A stretch of 64,000 nucleotides of DNA from Chloroflexota bacterium (GTDB lineage Bacteria; Chloroflexota; Anaerolineae; Anaerolineales; UBA11858), in assembly GCA_043818215.1 (NCBI GenBank), contig JBDRGC010000023.1, positions 1,976-65,975 on the forward strand, written 5' to 3'. Each line of letters begins with the position of its first letter. The stretch's first letter is position 1. Below the pieces are notes generated by a model. It was given only the letters and a program-made list of their open reading frames with translations, did no database searches and had not been told where the DNA came from. Both the position numbers and the translations under genes were made by a program. Below are positions 54,058 to 63,795 of the stretch, piece after piece.

Positions 54058-54264
54058 CCCGTGGCGAACCCACCGCATAGTCGCTCTCCGCCTTGGGACG
54101 TAGAACGTCCTTGCAAGCGTTCCACCGCGGAGCAGTGGAACGAGCCGTCACAGTGGAGCAGTGGAACGAGCCATTGGAGTTGTGCGGGGTACAATTCGCT
54201 CCATATCCGCACTTGCCGCGGTCGGCCGTCAGCGGTCGCCGGTCGGCTCTCGAAGGAGACAGAA

Positions 54265-55827
54265 ATGAACAAAGACATCATCCTCGCCATCGACAATGGC
54301 ACTCAAAGCGTGCGGGCGCTGCTGTTTGACCTGCGCGGCAATCTGATCGATAAGGTCCAGGTTCCAATCGAGCCGTATTTCTCGGATCAACCGGGCTGGG
54401 CGGAGCAAAAACCTGAGTATTATTGGGAGTCGCTGTGTCAGGCCTGTCAGCAGCTCTGGCAACAAACCGAGGTTCCCAAAGACGCTATTGCAGGCGTAGC
54501 ACTCACTACCCAGCGGGCTACGGTGGTCAATGTCGACCGCGCAGGACGACCTCTGCGCCCGGCGATTGTGTGGTTGGATCAGCGCCGTACTGAGGGACTC
54601 AAACCCGTTGGGGGGCTGTGGGGTTTGGCGTTCAAGCTGGCCGGCATGAGCGAGACGGTCGCCTATCTTCAGGCCGAGGCCGAGGCTAACTGGATTAACA
54701 CCCAACAGCCCGAAATCTGGGAGCGCACCCATAAATATCTTTATCTCTCCGGGTATTTGACACACCAGTTGACCGGCCGCTTTGTAGACTCGGTGGCCTG
54801 TCAGGTTGGGTATATGCCCCTCGATTACAAGAATTTGGATTGGGCCGCGAGCTGGGATTGGAAGTGGCTGGCTATCCCCATGGATGCCGGGCTGCTCCCA
54901 GAGCTGGTGCCCCCGGGAAGTCCTTTGGGGGAGATCACGCCTCAGGCCGCTGAATCAACCGGAATTCCCGTTGGTTTACCCCTCATTGCCGCCGCCGCCG
55001 ACAAGGCCTGCGAAGTCATCGGGGCTGGCTGTCTGGCTCCGCATATCGGATGTCTGAGCTACGGGACTGCCGCCACGATCAACACGACGCATACTAAATA
55101 CGTCGAGGTCATTCCGTTGATTCCCCCGTATCCAGCAGCGGTGCCGGGTGCGTATAGCCTTGAGTTTCAGGTGTACCGGGGCTATTGGATGGTCAGTTGG
55201 TTCAAGAATGAATTTGCCCACCGCGAGCAGCGTATTGCCAGGGAGCGCGGCATCCAACCAGAAGAATTGTTCGATGAATTGGTGAACCAGGTTCCGCCCG
55301 GCTCGATGGGCCTGGTTTTGCAGCCCTATTGGTCGCCGGGGTTGAAAGTGCCGGGGCCGGAAGCCAAAGGGGCCATCATCGGCTTTGGGGATGTGCATAC
55401 CCGCGCCCACGTTTATCGGGCTATTTTGGAGGGGCTGGCTTACTCCTTGCGGGAGGGCAAAGAGCGCACCGAACGCCGCAGCCGGGTGCCGATCACCGAG
55501 TTGCGCGTCTCCGGGGGCGGATCGCAGAGTGACGCCGCCATGCAGCTCACCGCCGATATTTTTGGCCTGTCCACCGCCCGCCCGCATATTTACGAGACAT
55601 CGGGCCTGGGAGCCGCCATTGACGCCGCCGTGGGCCTGGGTCTGCATCCCGATTTCGAGACCGCTGTGCGGGAAATGACCCGCGTGGGCCGCGTCTTCGA
55701 ACCCGACCCCGCGGCGAGCGAGATTTACGAGAGCCTGTACCAGCGCGTCTACAAGCAGATGTATCGCAAGCTAAAGCCGTTGTACGATGAGATTCGGGAG
55801 ATTACGGGGTATCCGGGGCGGGTGTGA
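54265..55827 (+). CDS. FGGY-family carbohydrate kinase
   Basis: [22 protein letters not shown]...; GAAGGAG lies upstream of the ATG at 54265. The 103 upstream codons in the track ORF are repeat-encoded. Confidence 0.85.
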   Translation: MNKDIILAIDNGTQSVRALLFDLRGNLIDKVQVPIEPYFSDQPGWAEQKPEYYWESLCQACQQLWQQTEVPKDAIAGVALTTQRATVVNVDRAGRPLRPAIVWLDQRRTEGLKPVGGLWGLAFKLAGMSETVAYLQAEAEANWINTQQPEIWERTHKYLYLSGYLTHQLTGRFVDSVACQVGYMPLDYKNLDWAASWDWKWLAIPMDAGLLPELVPPGSPLGEITPQAAESTGIPVGLPLIAAAADKACEVIGAGCLAPHIGCLSYGTAATINTTHTKYVEVIPLIPPYPAAVPGAYSLEFQVYRGYWMVSWFKNEFAHREQRIARERGIQPEELFDELVNQVPPGSMGLVLQPYWSPGLKVPGPEAKGAIIGFGDVHTRAHVYRAILEGLAYSLREGKERTERRSRVPITELRVSGGGSQSDAAMQLTADIFGLSTARPHIYETSGLGAAIDAAVGLGLHPDFETAVREMTRVGRVFEPDPAASEIYESLYQRVYKQMYRKLKPLYDEIREITGYPGRV

Positions 55828-55857
55828 AGCGTGGAGGGTGGAGCGCGGAGGGTGATG

Positions 55858-55910
55858 CGTGAAACGTGATGCGTGAATCTACGTTTTCACGTTTCACGGA
55901 ACTTTGTTTT
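55858..55910 (+). terminator. Candidate intrinsic terminator built from CGTGAAA heptamers
   Basis: Perfect 12-bp stem cgtgaaacgtga / tcacgtttcacg (55858-55869 and 55887-55898), followed by gaactTTGTTTT. Confidence 0.5.
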
Positions 55911-55931
55911 GCCGCGTCCCTAAAAGGGGCT

Positions 55932-56000
55932 GGTTCGTAGTAGGGCACGAGAGTGCCCGTGAGTACCCATCATGCGCCACTCTCGTGGCGCACTACAAAC
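55932..56000. repeat. 'tacaaac' hairpin element, second full copy
   Basis: ggttcgtagtagggcacgagagtgcccgtgagtacccatcatgcgccactctcgtggcgcactacaaac. Confidence 0.85.
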
Positions 56001-56011
56001 AAGAGGAAACC

Positions 56012-57358
56012 ATGTCTACAAAAAACATTCCATATTTACTGTTGGTCATCATCGCCTTGACGCTGGCGGCCTGCGCGCCAGCCGCGGCAATTGACCCGAC
56101 ACACACCCCCGTTCCGCCGACCGCCACCCCCATTCCACACACTGTGACGGCGCCCCCGACGACCACCCCCACAGCGACCGCTACCGCCATCCCGGCTACG
56201 CCAGAATATGATGGTGAACTGACGTATAACCCGGCAGATCAAACTCTGTATAATGCCCAGGCCATGCCAGTCTTCGTGATGGACGAGAGCGGCGGCTGGG
56301 TGGCTATGGCTGGTGAAGCGGAACTGCCTGCAGAGATCCAGGTAATTGATGGTGTTGTATATCAGTGGGATGGAAGTGAGTATAGTAAGCAGGTCACGGA
56401 TCTTAGGGGTAGGAAAGTAGAGGCGGATTTTGTGGTTCAGACGGAAAAAGGTTTTGTGGCCATTGAGCGGGATGATAATGGTGTAGAGCGGGCTAAAGTA
56501 TGGATTAATCCGGAGAGCGGTGAGGCAAAATTGTTTAAACCCGGAAGTGTGGCGGAGGTTGACGGCCAGTGGTATCGATATGTGGAGGGTGAAATGGTGG
56601 AGTGGGATATATGGGAGCCGGGGTTTTCAATAGATTTAGTGGGCACAATAGACGAACAAGCAGGCAAAGAGCCGATTGTGATCCCTTTTTCTTTGGGATT
56701 GATGCCGGATATTATGGAACGAGATGAACTGCCTATTATTGAGATATACCAGAATCCTGACAGGCCTGACGGGCCGGATAAGTTGGCGCGAATGTTTTTG
56801 AGAACTTGTTGGTATAACTATAATCGTGAGCATGAAGATGGCCAGGTGAACTGGGATCAGTATTTGGATATGGTGAGAGACGGAGAAGGAAAATATAAGG
56901 TAGTGGTAGTCAATCCTGAAGATCAAACTTGGAATGGGGTAATACCTAAAACTTTGGAGATTATTGAGAAATCGCCTTTAGACGGGTTTGCTATATATAA
57001 TGCGGATGGGTTTTATAATAGAGATAGGGAAAGTTCGTTTGGGGAAATTGTGACTATGAATGATGATGGTGAATTAGTTATTTTACGAGCTCATGGTGAT
57101 CCAAGATGGTTGCATAAATATGCAGAGAAAAATGGTAATCAATTAGTTGGCTATGGTTATTATTATTCTCTACTCGGGCTTCCACTATATAATGTGAATA
57201 TATTAAAGACGATTGACGACGCACTAGATTGTGGTGGATATGCTAATTATGCTCAATCAGGTAGGGTACAGCTTACTGCTGAAGCTAGGGAAGAATATTA
57301 TGCCTATGAGAATGATATGATAAATAATGGGCCGTATTTTTTAGTGGGGACAAAATAG
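56012..57358 (+). CDS. Lipoprotein of unknown function (AT-rich body)
   Basis: AGAGGAAACC before the ATG at 56012. MSTKNIPYLLLVIIALTLAAC lipobox, then a Pro/Thr linker. The body samples at about 35-40 % G+C. Confidence 0.6.
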   Translation: MSTKNIPYLLLVIIALTLAACAPAAAIDPTHTPVPPTATPIPHTVTAPPTTTPTATATAIPATPEYDGELTYNPADQTLYNAQAMPVFVMDESGGWVAMAGEAELPAEIQVIDGVVYQWDGSEYSKQVTDLRGRKVEADFVVQTEKGFVAIERDDNGVERAKVWINPESGEAKLFKPGSVAEVDGQWYRYVEGEMVEWDIWEPGFSIDLVGTIDEQAGKEPIVIPFSLGLMPDIMERDELPIIEIYQNPDRPDGPDKLARMFLRTCWYNYNREHEDGQVNWDQYLDMVRDGEGKYKVVVVNPEDQTWNGVIPKTLEIIEKSPLDGFAIYNADGFYNRDRESSFGEIVTMNDDGELVILRAHGDPRWLHKYAEKNGNQLVGYGYYYSLLGLPLYNVNILKTIDDALDCGGYANYAQSGRVQLTAEAREEYYAYENDMINNGPYFLVGTK

Positions 57359-57382
57359 GCTTAGTCCTAGTATAGTGGATGC

Positions 57383-58243
57383 ATGAGTAGGTTTAATAAA
57401 GGTTTGGCGTTAGTGCTGATGGTTATGGTTTTTGTGGTGGCGATTTTGATGGTGACATATAGACAGCAGAAAGTGGGTGAGGGAAAAACTGTTAGCGCAA
57501 AAAGCGAGATGTCTGGTTATACTCTTGAAGTAAGCGATATCAAAGCAGTTGAGTCTTGGATAAACAAGCAACCTTATACTTACGCCCGGCATAAAGATAA
57601 AGGGGCTAGTGGTGAGATAAATGGAGTAGAGGTGGTGCTTTCTGATGATACTGAGAAAGCTCATGTGGTGGGGGATGGATCTGGAGGTACGCTTCAGACG
57701 GGTGGGTTTGAGTATAAAAAATTTGCCAACCAAATTCAGGTGCGGGTGCAAATAGAACCTGATCATTTAGATAAAATTATTGTTGGCAATCAGCGGCTTT
57801 TTTCTCAGTGGGTGCTGACCTATCTTTGTATGGGGGCGGATAGTTATAGCGGGGATTTTGATTATTGCTGGCAAGAAGCAGACCACGCTATTGCTAAAAA
57901 CAGTGATGGCTGGTTTTGGCTAGCTAAAAAAACTGGTTGGGATTTTAGTTTGGTAAAGAAAGCTTATGCGGCTTGTGGGACTTCTAATTGCTGTAGTGTA
58001 GGAACGAGCTATAATTGCGGATGTGATCCGCTGGGGGCGAGTTGCATTCCAGAGGATGGTACATGTGATATTGATTGTACGACTTGCACGGTTAATATTG
58101 TTCGAGAAACTAATGATTGTGTGGGGGATGTTGATGATTGTTCGCCGAATTCCTGTAGTACTGGGGCGTATTTCCCCTGCAGTTTGTGTACGGCTGCGCC
58201 GGTGCCAACGCCAACGCCAGTGCCGGGGGGTGGGGGTGGATAA
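57383..58243 (+). CDS. Membrane-anchored protein with a Cys-rich C-terminal module
   Basis: N-terminal TM LALVLMVMVFVVAILMV. The last ~80 aa hold about 18 Cys (CGTSNCCSVGTSYNCGCD..CDIDCTTC..CSPNSCS..CSLC). It ends PTPTPVPGGGGG. Confidence 0.55.
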   Translation: MSRFNKGLALVLMVMVFVVAILMVTYRQQKVGEGKTVSAKSEMSGYTLEVSDIKAVESWINKQPYTYARHKDKGASGEINGVEVVLSDDTEKAHVVGDGSGGTLQTGGFEYKKFANQIQVRVQIEPDHLDKIIVGNQRLFSQWVLTYLCMGADSYSGDFDYCWQEADHAIAKNSDGWFWLAKKTGWDFSLVKKAYAACGTSNCCSVGTSYNCGCDPLGASCIPEDGTCDIDCTTCTVNIVRETNDCVGDVDDCSPNSCSTGAYFPCSLCTAAPVPTPTPVPGGGGG

Positions 58244-58337
58244 TAAGACGTGTTCGGTGAGTTTGTCGAGTAAAAGTATTGAATAGGGCGGTACGGTAAC
58301 GATTGATTATTCCTCATCACCCATTACCCCGAGTCGT

Positions 58338-60158
58338 TCAACTCGCCGCCACAGCAACCATCTCGAAGGGGGCGTATTTGCGCTCTAGTTTCTGGCGGAA
58401 TTGCTGCGTGTACAACTTGTAATAGTGCCCGCGCTGGCGCAGCAACTCGGCGTGGCTGCCCATTTCCGCAATTTTTCCAGCCTCGATCACGATGATCCGG
58501 TCGGCTCGCTTGACCGTGGAAAGCCGGTGGGCGATGACGAAACTGGTGCGGCCTTCCATCAAATTCTCCATTCCCTTTTGAATCAAGTCTTCGGTGAGAG
58601 TGTCCACAGAGCTGGTGGCCTCGTCCATGATGAAAAGTTCCGGTTTGCGCAGCACAGCCCGCGCCAGACTGATAAGCTGCTTTTGCCCAACCGAGAGCAG
58701 ATTGCCGCCCTCGCCGACTTCATCCTCGTAGCCTTTTTCGATATTGACGATGAAATCATGCGCGCCAGCCAATTTTGCGGCTGCCTCTATTTCTTCGTCG
58801 CTGGCACCCAATTTGCCGTAGCGGATGTTTTCGCGAATCGTGCCGGAGAACAAGTGCGGGGTCTGGAGCACCATTCCAATGCGGGATTGGATGGCGTGCA
58901 ACGAGAGTTCTTTGTAATCCCTGCCGCCAATGCAAATCGTCCCGCCCCGGGGTTCGAAAAAGCGGCATAGCAGGTTAACGATAGTTGTCTTGCCGCCGCC
59001 AGTGGGGCCAACCAGGGCGATGGTTTCGCCGCGTTTCACGTGCAGGCTGAAGTTTTCCAGCACCGGTTCGGCATCTTCGTAGTAGAAATCGACTTGATCG
59101 AATATGATGTCACCCTGGATGGTTCCGGGGTCGATTGCTCCAGGTTGGTCGGCAATATCGGGTACCGCGTCGATCAATGAGAAGATGCGCTCCGCCGAAG
59201 CGATAGCGCGCTGCATTTCGGCGTATACGCGGGCCATCTCTTGAATGGGCCAAATCATAAAGACCACGTAAGAGACAAAGGCCTGGATACCGCCTATGCT
59301 CAAGCTGCCGATTTGGACCTGGTAGCCGCCGTACCAGATAATGCTCGCCAGGGCAAAGGAACTGATCAGCAGCACTGTAGGCAGAAAGAGGGCCGAAAGC
59401 CAGGCCGCCCGGTAACCGGCGCGGTACATCTCGCCGGTCAATTCGCCGAATTCGTTCAGGTTGGTGTCCTCGCGTCCGAAAGCCTTGACCACCCGGACGC
59501 CGGTGATATTCTCGTTGTACGCCCCCGTGATCTTGGAATTGATCTTGCGCACTTCGCGATACTCGACGATGATCTTTTTCTTGAATTGGGCTGCCACGAC
59601 AACCAGGATCGGGATGATGGTCAGGACGATCAGCGCCAGCCGCCAGTTGATGATCATCATAAAATAAGTGGCAGCGATGATATTCGTCACGCTCCAGGTC
59701 ATGTCCAGGAATCCCCAGGTGACCAGTTCGGAGACGCGCTCTGAGTCGGATGTCACCCGTGACATGATCCACCCAACAGGCGTGCGGTTGTAATAAGACA
59801 GGGACAAATCTTGCAGGTGGTTGAACATTTTCTTGCGCAGGTCGTAGCGGATGCGCTCGCTGAGAACCCCGACCATATAGATGAATCCGAATACAGCCGC
59901 GGCCTGCACGAGAATCAGTATTCCATATTGGGTGACGATCTCCCGCAGCACGAGTTTATCCCCTGCCAGAATGCCCTCGTCAACGATCCGTTTGCTGAGA
60001 AATGTGAAATATGAATCCAGTGCCGACACTGACGATATCATCAGGATGAACCCTAGCATCCATTGCCAGTGCGGTTTTGTCTGGGCCAGTATCCGTAGGA
60101 TGGTTTTGCCGGTAAATTGAGTAGTAAATTCTTCTTCTTCGAATGCGATATTTGACAT
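58338..60158 (-). CDS. ABC exporter half-transporter (TMD-NBD), consensus ATP site
   Basis: GPTGGGKTT, LSVGQKQLISLARA, and Walker B plus catalytic Glu LFIMDEATSSVD. Confidence 0.85.
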   Translation of the reverse strand: MSNIAFEEEEFTTQFTGKTILRILAQTKPHWQWMLGFILMISSVSALDSYFTFLSKRIVDEGILAGDKLVLREIVTQYGILILVQAAAVFGFIYMVGVLSERIRYDLRKKMFNHLQDLSLSYYNRTPVGWIMSRVTSDSERVSELVTWGFLDMTWSVTNIIAATYFMMIINWRLALIVLTIIPILVVVAAQFKKKIIVEYREVRKINSKITGAYNENITGVRVVKAFGREDTNLNEFGELTGEMYRAGYRAAWLSALFLPTVLLISSFALASIIWYGGYQVQIGSLSIGGIQAFVSYVVFMIWPIQEMARVYAEMQRAIASAERIFSLIDAVPDIADQPGAIDPGTIQGDIIFDQVDFYYEDAEPVLENFSLHVKRGETIALVGPTGGGKTTIVNLLCRFFEPRGGTICIGGRDYKELSLHAIQSRIGMVLQTPHLFSGTIRENIRYGKLGASDEEIEAAAKLAGAHDFIVNIEKGYEDEVGEGGNLLSVGQKQLISLARAVLRKPELFIMDEATSSVDTLTEDLIQKGMENLMEGRTSFVIAHRLSTVKRADRIIVIEAGKIAEMGSHAELLRQRGHYYKLYTQQFRQKLERKYAPFEMVAVAAS

Positions 60159-60161
60159 GAG

Positions 60162-60596
60162 TTATTGCTCTCGGTTTTCAGGTGGGTGCCAGCCCCCCTC
60201 CACCCAACGGCTTCTGGCTCTGACGATTACGTCTCGGTTCATACGTAGAGCAAGAACGGTTGCGCGGCCTATGGATGTCAACCCTTCGATACGTGTACCC
60301 TCGTTGCTCCACCTGAAGTGGAAGTCCCACTGTTGAGCGCGTGGATCGAATAATGGGACACTGTCGCCTGTCAGCGGATCTGTTGCGCTGGTCAAACTGG
60401 CTTTGAATTCGTTGCACGAGCAGCAGGCTAGACAAAGATTCTCAAAACACGTTGAACCACCTTTTGAAATGGGCTGGATGTGGTCAACCGTCAGGGGAAT
60501 GCCGCTGTTTGCTTCGTTGGTCAGGCAATAGACACAATGACTGTGATCCGCATGACGGACGCGATTACGTAAGTTTTTTGAAATATGTGTGGACAT
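60162..60596 (-). CDS. HNH endonuclease
   Basis: CVYC...TVDHIQPISKGGSTCFENLCLACCSCNEFK. Confidence 0.8.
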   Translation of the reverse strand: MSTHISKNLRNRVRHADHSHCVYCLTNEANSGIPLTVDHIQPISKGGSTCFENLCLACCSCNEFKASLTSATDPLTGDSVPLFDPRAQQWDFHFRWSNEGTRIEGLTSIGRATVLALRMNRDVIVRARSRWVEGGWHPPENREQ

Positions 60597-60600
60597 GGAA

Positions 60601-61005
60601 TCACGGGGCAGGTATTGAGTGCCCGCGCCAGCGAAGCAGCACCGCCGCGTGGGCTTTGCGGAGCATGAAACGATCAGCTTCGATTCGCAGGTTTGTCAAT
60701 TCCAGTCGCTCGGTTTCATTTAACTCACCTTGCTTGTTTTTCTCGAGTAATTCGTCGTAGCGTGCCATATCAGCCTGAGTTTTATGACTGCGAGCGATGC
60801 CCCATAAAGTGTTGTCATCAAGATAATCCATCCCAGCAAGATCAGCTTGAAATTCGGCCGGCACGTCATCCCATCTGGGAGGGCTGCCAACGCGCAAAGC
60901 ATGGAGCATTACATCTTCAAGTGAACGTTTCGTCACCCGCGCATTGTTGGCTAAACGCAAATATAACATTTCGGGGAGTTGGAGTGTTACGGTTTCTGCA
61001 AGCAT
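60601..61005 (-). CDS. Small helical protein partnered with the HNH gene
   Basis: MLAETVTLQLPEMLYLRL...ELNETERLELTNLRIEADRFMLRKAHAAVLLRWRG. It ends 4 nt before the HNH start. The ATG at 61005 is preferred because the longer ORF overlaps the ABC gene. Confidence 0.5.
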   Translation of the reverse strand: MLAETVTLQLPEMLYLRLANNARVTKRSLEDVMLHALRVGSPPRWDDVPAEFQADLAGMDYLDDNTLWGIARSHKTQADMARYDELLEKNKQGELNETERLELTNLRIEADRFMLRKAHAAVLLRWRGHSIPAP

Positions 61006-61063
61006 GGTAGACCTACCTTTCGTTTTTACTGGAATCAGGTGCGTCGCACCTTGACTCTTTTTC

Positions 61064-62887
61064 CTAATTTCCAACACTGCCTATTTCTTGCTCTACTTCA
61101 GCATCGATACGAGTTTGAATATCGAATATCTGCCGGTATACGCCATCTTGACTCAGAAGTTCGGCGTGTTTACCCATCTGCACGATCTGCCCGTGGTCAA
61201 GCACCACGATCAAGTCGGCGTTCATCACGCTTTGGATGCGGTGGGCAATGATGAAGGTGGTCCGGTTCTCCATCAAGCGTTCCAGGGCTGCGCGGATATC
61301 GGCCTCGGTTTCGACATCCACCGAGGAGGTGGCGTCATCCAAAATCAGGATGCTCGGGTTTTTGATGATCGTGCGGGCTATGGCGACACGTTGCTTTTGC
61401 CCACCCGACAAAGTAACACCTTTCTCTCCGACCAGGGTGTGGTACCCATCGGGGAAGCCTGCTATGGCCTCGTGAACCGAGGCCATCCGGGCGGCGTTTT
61501 CTATTTCTTCGTCCGAGACATCCCGGTCAACTCCGTAGACGATATTCCCGCTGATAGAGCGGGAGAACAAGAAAGGTTCCTGCTCCACGGTGCCGATCTG
61601 GCTGCGCAGATATTTTCTCGGATAGTGTTCGAGTTCTACGCCGTCCAGTGTGATGCTGCCGCCGGTGTACTCGTAGAATCGCGGGATCAAATTGGCGAGT
61701 GTTGTTTTGCCGGAGCCGGTGGAGCCTAGCAGCGCGATCACCTGGCCAGGCTGGCATTCGAAACTGATGTTTTGTAAGACGGGGGTGTCCGGCGCGTCAG
61801 CGTACGCAAATCCTACGTTGTCGAATACAATTGCGCCGCGCAGGCCATCTTTCGGAGTGTAGTCGCCGGCGTCTAGCGCTTCGCGCTCTTGTTTGATCAC
61901 ATCGGTGAGACGTTTGTACGAGACCAGCCCAGATGACATCTGCACGATCAGCCGTCCCATATTGCGGATCGGCCAGATGATCCAGATTAGCATCCCGGCG
62001 TAAGACAGGTACATGCCGACCGAGATCGTGCCATTGATAGCCATCACAGCTCCGATGAAGAATCCGGCCAGCATCTGTCCACCGGTCATAATGTCAGAAA
62101 TAGGCCAGAAGAGGGAGTGCATCAGCAGCAGCCGGCGGCCGCGCAAGAACTTTTCCCAGTTTTCGATCTCGAATTTGTCTATTTCGTGGGATTGCCGGGC
62201 GAAAGCCTTGACCACTCGCACGCCTGTCAGATTCTCTTGAAGCCTGTTCGATAGTATGGCTTCCTGTTCCTGATAAGCTTCATAGGCCTTGGATACGCGC
62301 TGGAAGAAGAAGAACGATAGCAGTACGGTGAACGGCACGATGATGATCGAGTACAGCGCTAATTGCCAGTTTAGTATCAACAGGGCAGTCAGGTTGACGA
62401 TGAAAAGCGATAGAATGCGGCCTACGCCGATAGCCTGATCGGCGAAGAAGCTGCGGATGGCGTCAACGTCGGATGTGGCACGCTGGATGAGTTCCCCGGT
62501 TTGTGTCTGGTCGTGATATGTGAATGTCAAGCGTTGAATATGGTCGAAGAGATATTCGCGCACTCGCTGGGCGACTCCCTCGGACGTGCGGGCTGCCAGG
62601 GTGCCGCTGAAGAATGTGAATGCGCCGGTGACAACAGCCACCCCGATGAATCCCAGGGCAATGAGTGGCAGTGCGCTAGGAGATGCATCCCCGTTGAGCA
62701 CGTTATCGACAAAATAGCCTAACAGCAGGTAGCTGCCAGACCTGGCTGCCGCCGAGACCCCCAGGCTGAGTGCCGCGCCCAGATATATCAGGCGGAAACC
62801 GCGCATCAGCCGCCATAGTCCAACCAGGCGGTTCTCTGCGATGGTTTCCTGTAAATTCATGCTTTCGTGAGCGGTGATCGTGGTCAA
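61064..62887 (-). CDS. ABC exporter half-transporter (TMD-NBD), degenerate ATP site
   Basis: GSTGSGKTT, LSGGQKQRVAIART, and Walker B ILILDDATSSVD (Asp replaces the catalytic Glu). Confidence 0.85.
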   Translation of the reverse strand: MTTITAHESMNLQETIAENRLVGLWRLMRGFRLIYLGAALSLGVSAAARSGSYLLLGYFVDNVLNGDASPSALPLIALGFIGVAVVTGAFTFFSGTLAARTSEGVAQRVREYLFDHIQRLTFTYHDQTQTGELIQRATSDVDAIRSFFADQAIGVGRILSLFIVNLTALLILNWQLALYSIIIVPFTVLLSFFFFQRVSKAYEAYQEQEAILSNRLQENLTGVRVVKAFARQSHEIDKFEIENWEKFLRGRRLLLMHSLFWPISDIMTGGQMLAGFFIGAVMAINGTISVGMYLSYAGMLIWIIWPIRNMGRLIVQMSSGLVSYKRLTDVIKQEREALDAGDYTPKDGLRGAIVFDNVGFAYADAPDTPVLQNISFECQPGQVIALLGSTGSGKTTLANLIPRFYEYTGGSITLDGVELEHYPRKYLRSQIGTVEQEPFLFSRSISGNIVYGVDRDVSDEEIENAARMASVHEAIAGFPDGYHTLVGEKGVTLSGGQKQRVAIARTIIKNPSILILDDATSSVDVETEADIRAALERLMENRTTFIIAHRIQSVMNADLIVVLDHGQIVQMGKHAELLSQDGVYRQIFDIQTRIDAEVEQEIGSVGN

Positions 62888-63459
62888 GTTTCACTCTCTT
62901 CTTCCGGAGCTTCTGGCTCCGGGATCTCATCTTTGCTGACTTTATCTATCGGCAGGCGGCCTGCCAGCCAGACGACCATCAGACTCATATCGTCGATGCT
63001 GGCTTCGCCGTCTGGGTGCGCTTCGGTGTAAGCCGTGTACAGAACCTCGAAATCATCTTCCGCCGGCCAGCGGGTCAGGAAACCGGGCACCCTGGTGCGG
63101 TCAACCTCTAAGGGGAGAATTTTCCATTCCCGTGCTGTAAGTATATCGTAAATCTGCTGACGCAATTCGGACTTGGATTCCGCCCAGGCCGCCAGGATCG
63201 CAGCCACAAGTTTAGGGCTTTGCTCGAAGGGTTTAACCATCGCCACGGCCTTGACGCTGGCAGGAGCTTTGACGCTGTTGCGGAACCCGGGCACTCTGAC
63301 CAGCTTTTTGGTCAACTGGTCGATGGGCGCGCTCAATCCCCGGTCAAGCTTGGGCAGCGCGAGCAGTGCATTGCGGATCACCATCAGGCGGTAATCACTG
63401 CGCATAAATTCGTTGATGGCGTGAAAAGGGATGAATTCGGCTTGTGTTTTATCGTTCAT
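62884..63459 (-). CDS. Hypothetical acidic-tailed protein, translationally coupled to the ABC operon
   Basis: ATG at 63459. 4-nt overlap with the ABC start. I recognise no family. Confidence 0.45.
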   Translation of the reverse strand: MNDKTQAEFIPFHAINEFMRSDYRLMVIRNALLALPKLDRGLSAPIDQLTKKLVRVPGFRNSVKAPASVKAVAMVKPFEQSPKLVAAILAAWAESKSELRQQIYDILTAREWKILPLEVDRTRVPGFLTRWPAEDDFEVLYTAYTEAHPDGEASIDDMSLMVVWLAGRLPIDKVSKDEIPEPEAPEEESET

Positions 63460-63474
63460 GAGGGGGGGATCCTT

Positions 63475-63795
63475 TGTGGAGGGTGGAGGGGGGAGCGTGG
63501 GGCGTGGAGGGTGAAGCGTGATGCGTGAAGCGTAATTGCTCAAAATCCTGTTGATAGAACTGCATTGCACTTGAAAAGTGCGTACCCCAAGGGCATGATA
63601 TTGCAGTTCGGGTCTCTATGGCAGACTCGTGGTGCAACGCATCCTTGGGGATGCAATGCACCACCAACATTGAGCAACTACCGTGAAGCGTTGTGCGTCA
63701 AATCACTTGTCACGTTTCCCACTCCGCTACGCTTCGGGGACTGTGTCACGCTTCCCACTCCGCTACGCTTCGGGGACTGCGTCACGCATCACGTT
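63475..63795. repeat. CGTGGAG/CGTGAAG arrays (63475-63533) and a 35-nt tandem duplication of cacgYttcccactccgctacgcttcggggactgYgt (63711-63782)
   Basis: Read directly. The same core occurs at 17549 and 22148. Confidence 0.8.
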
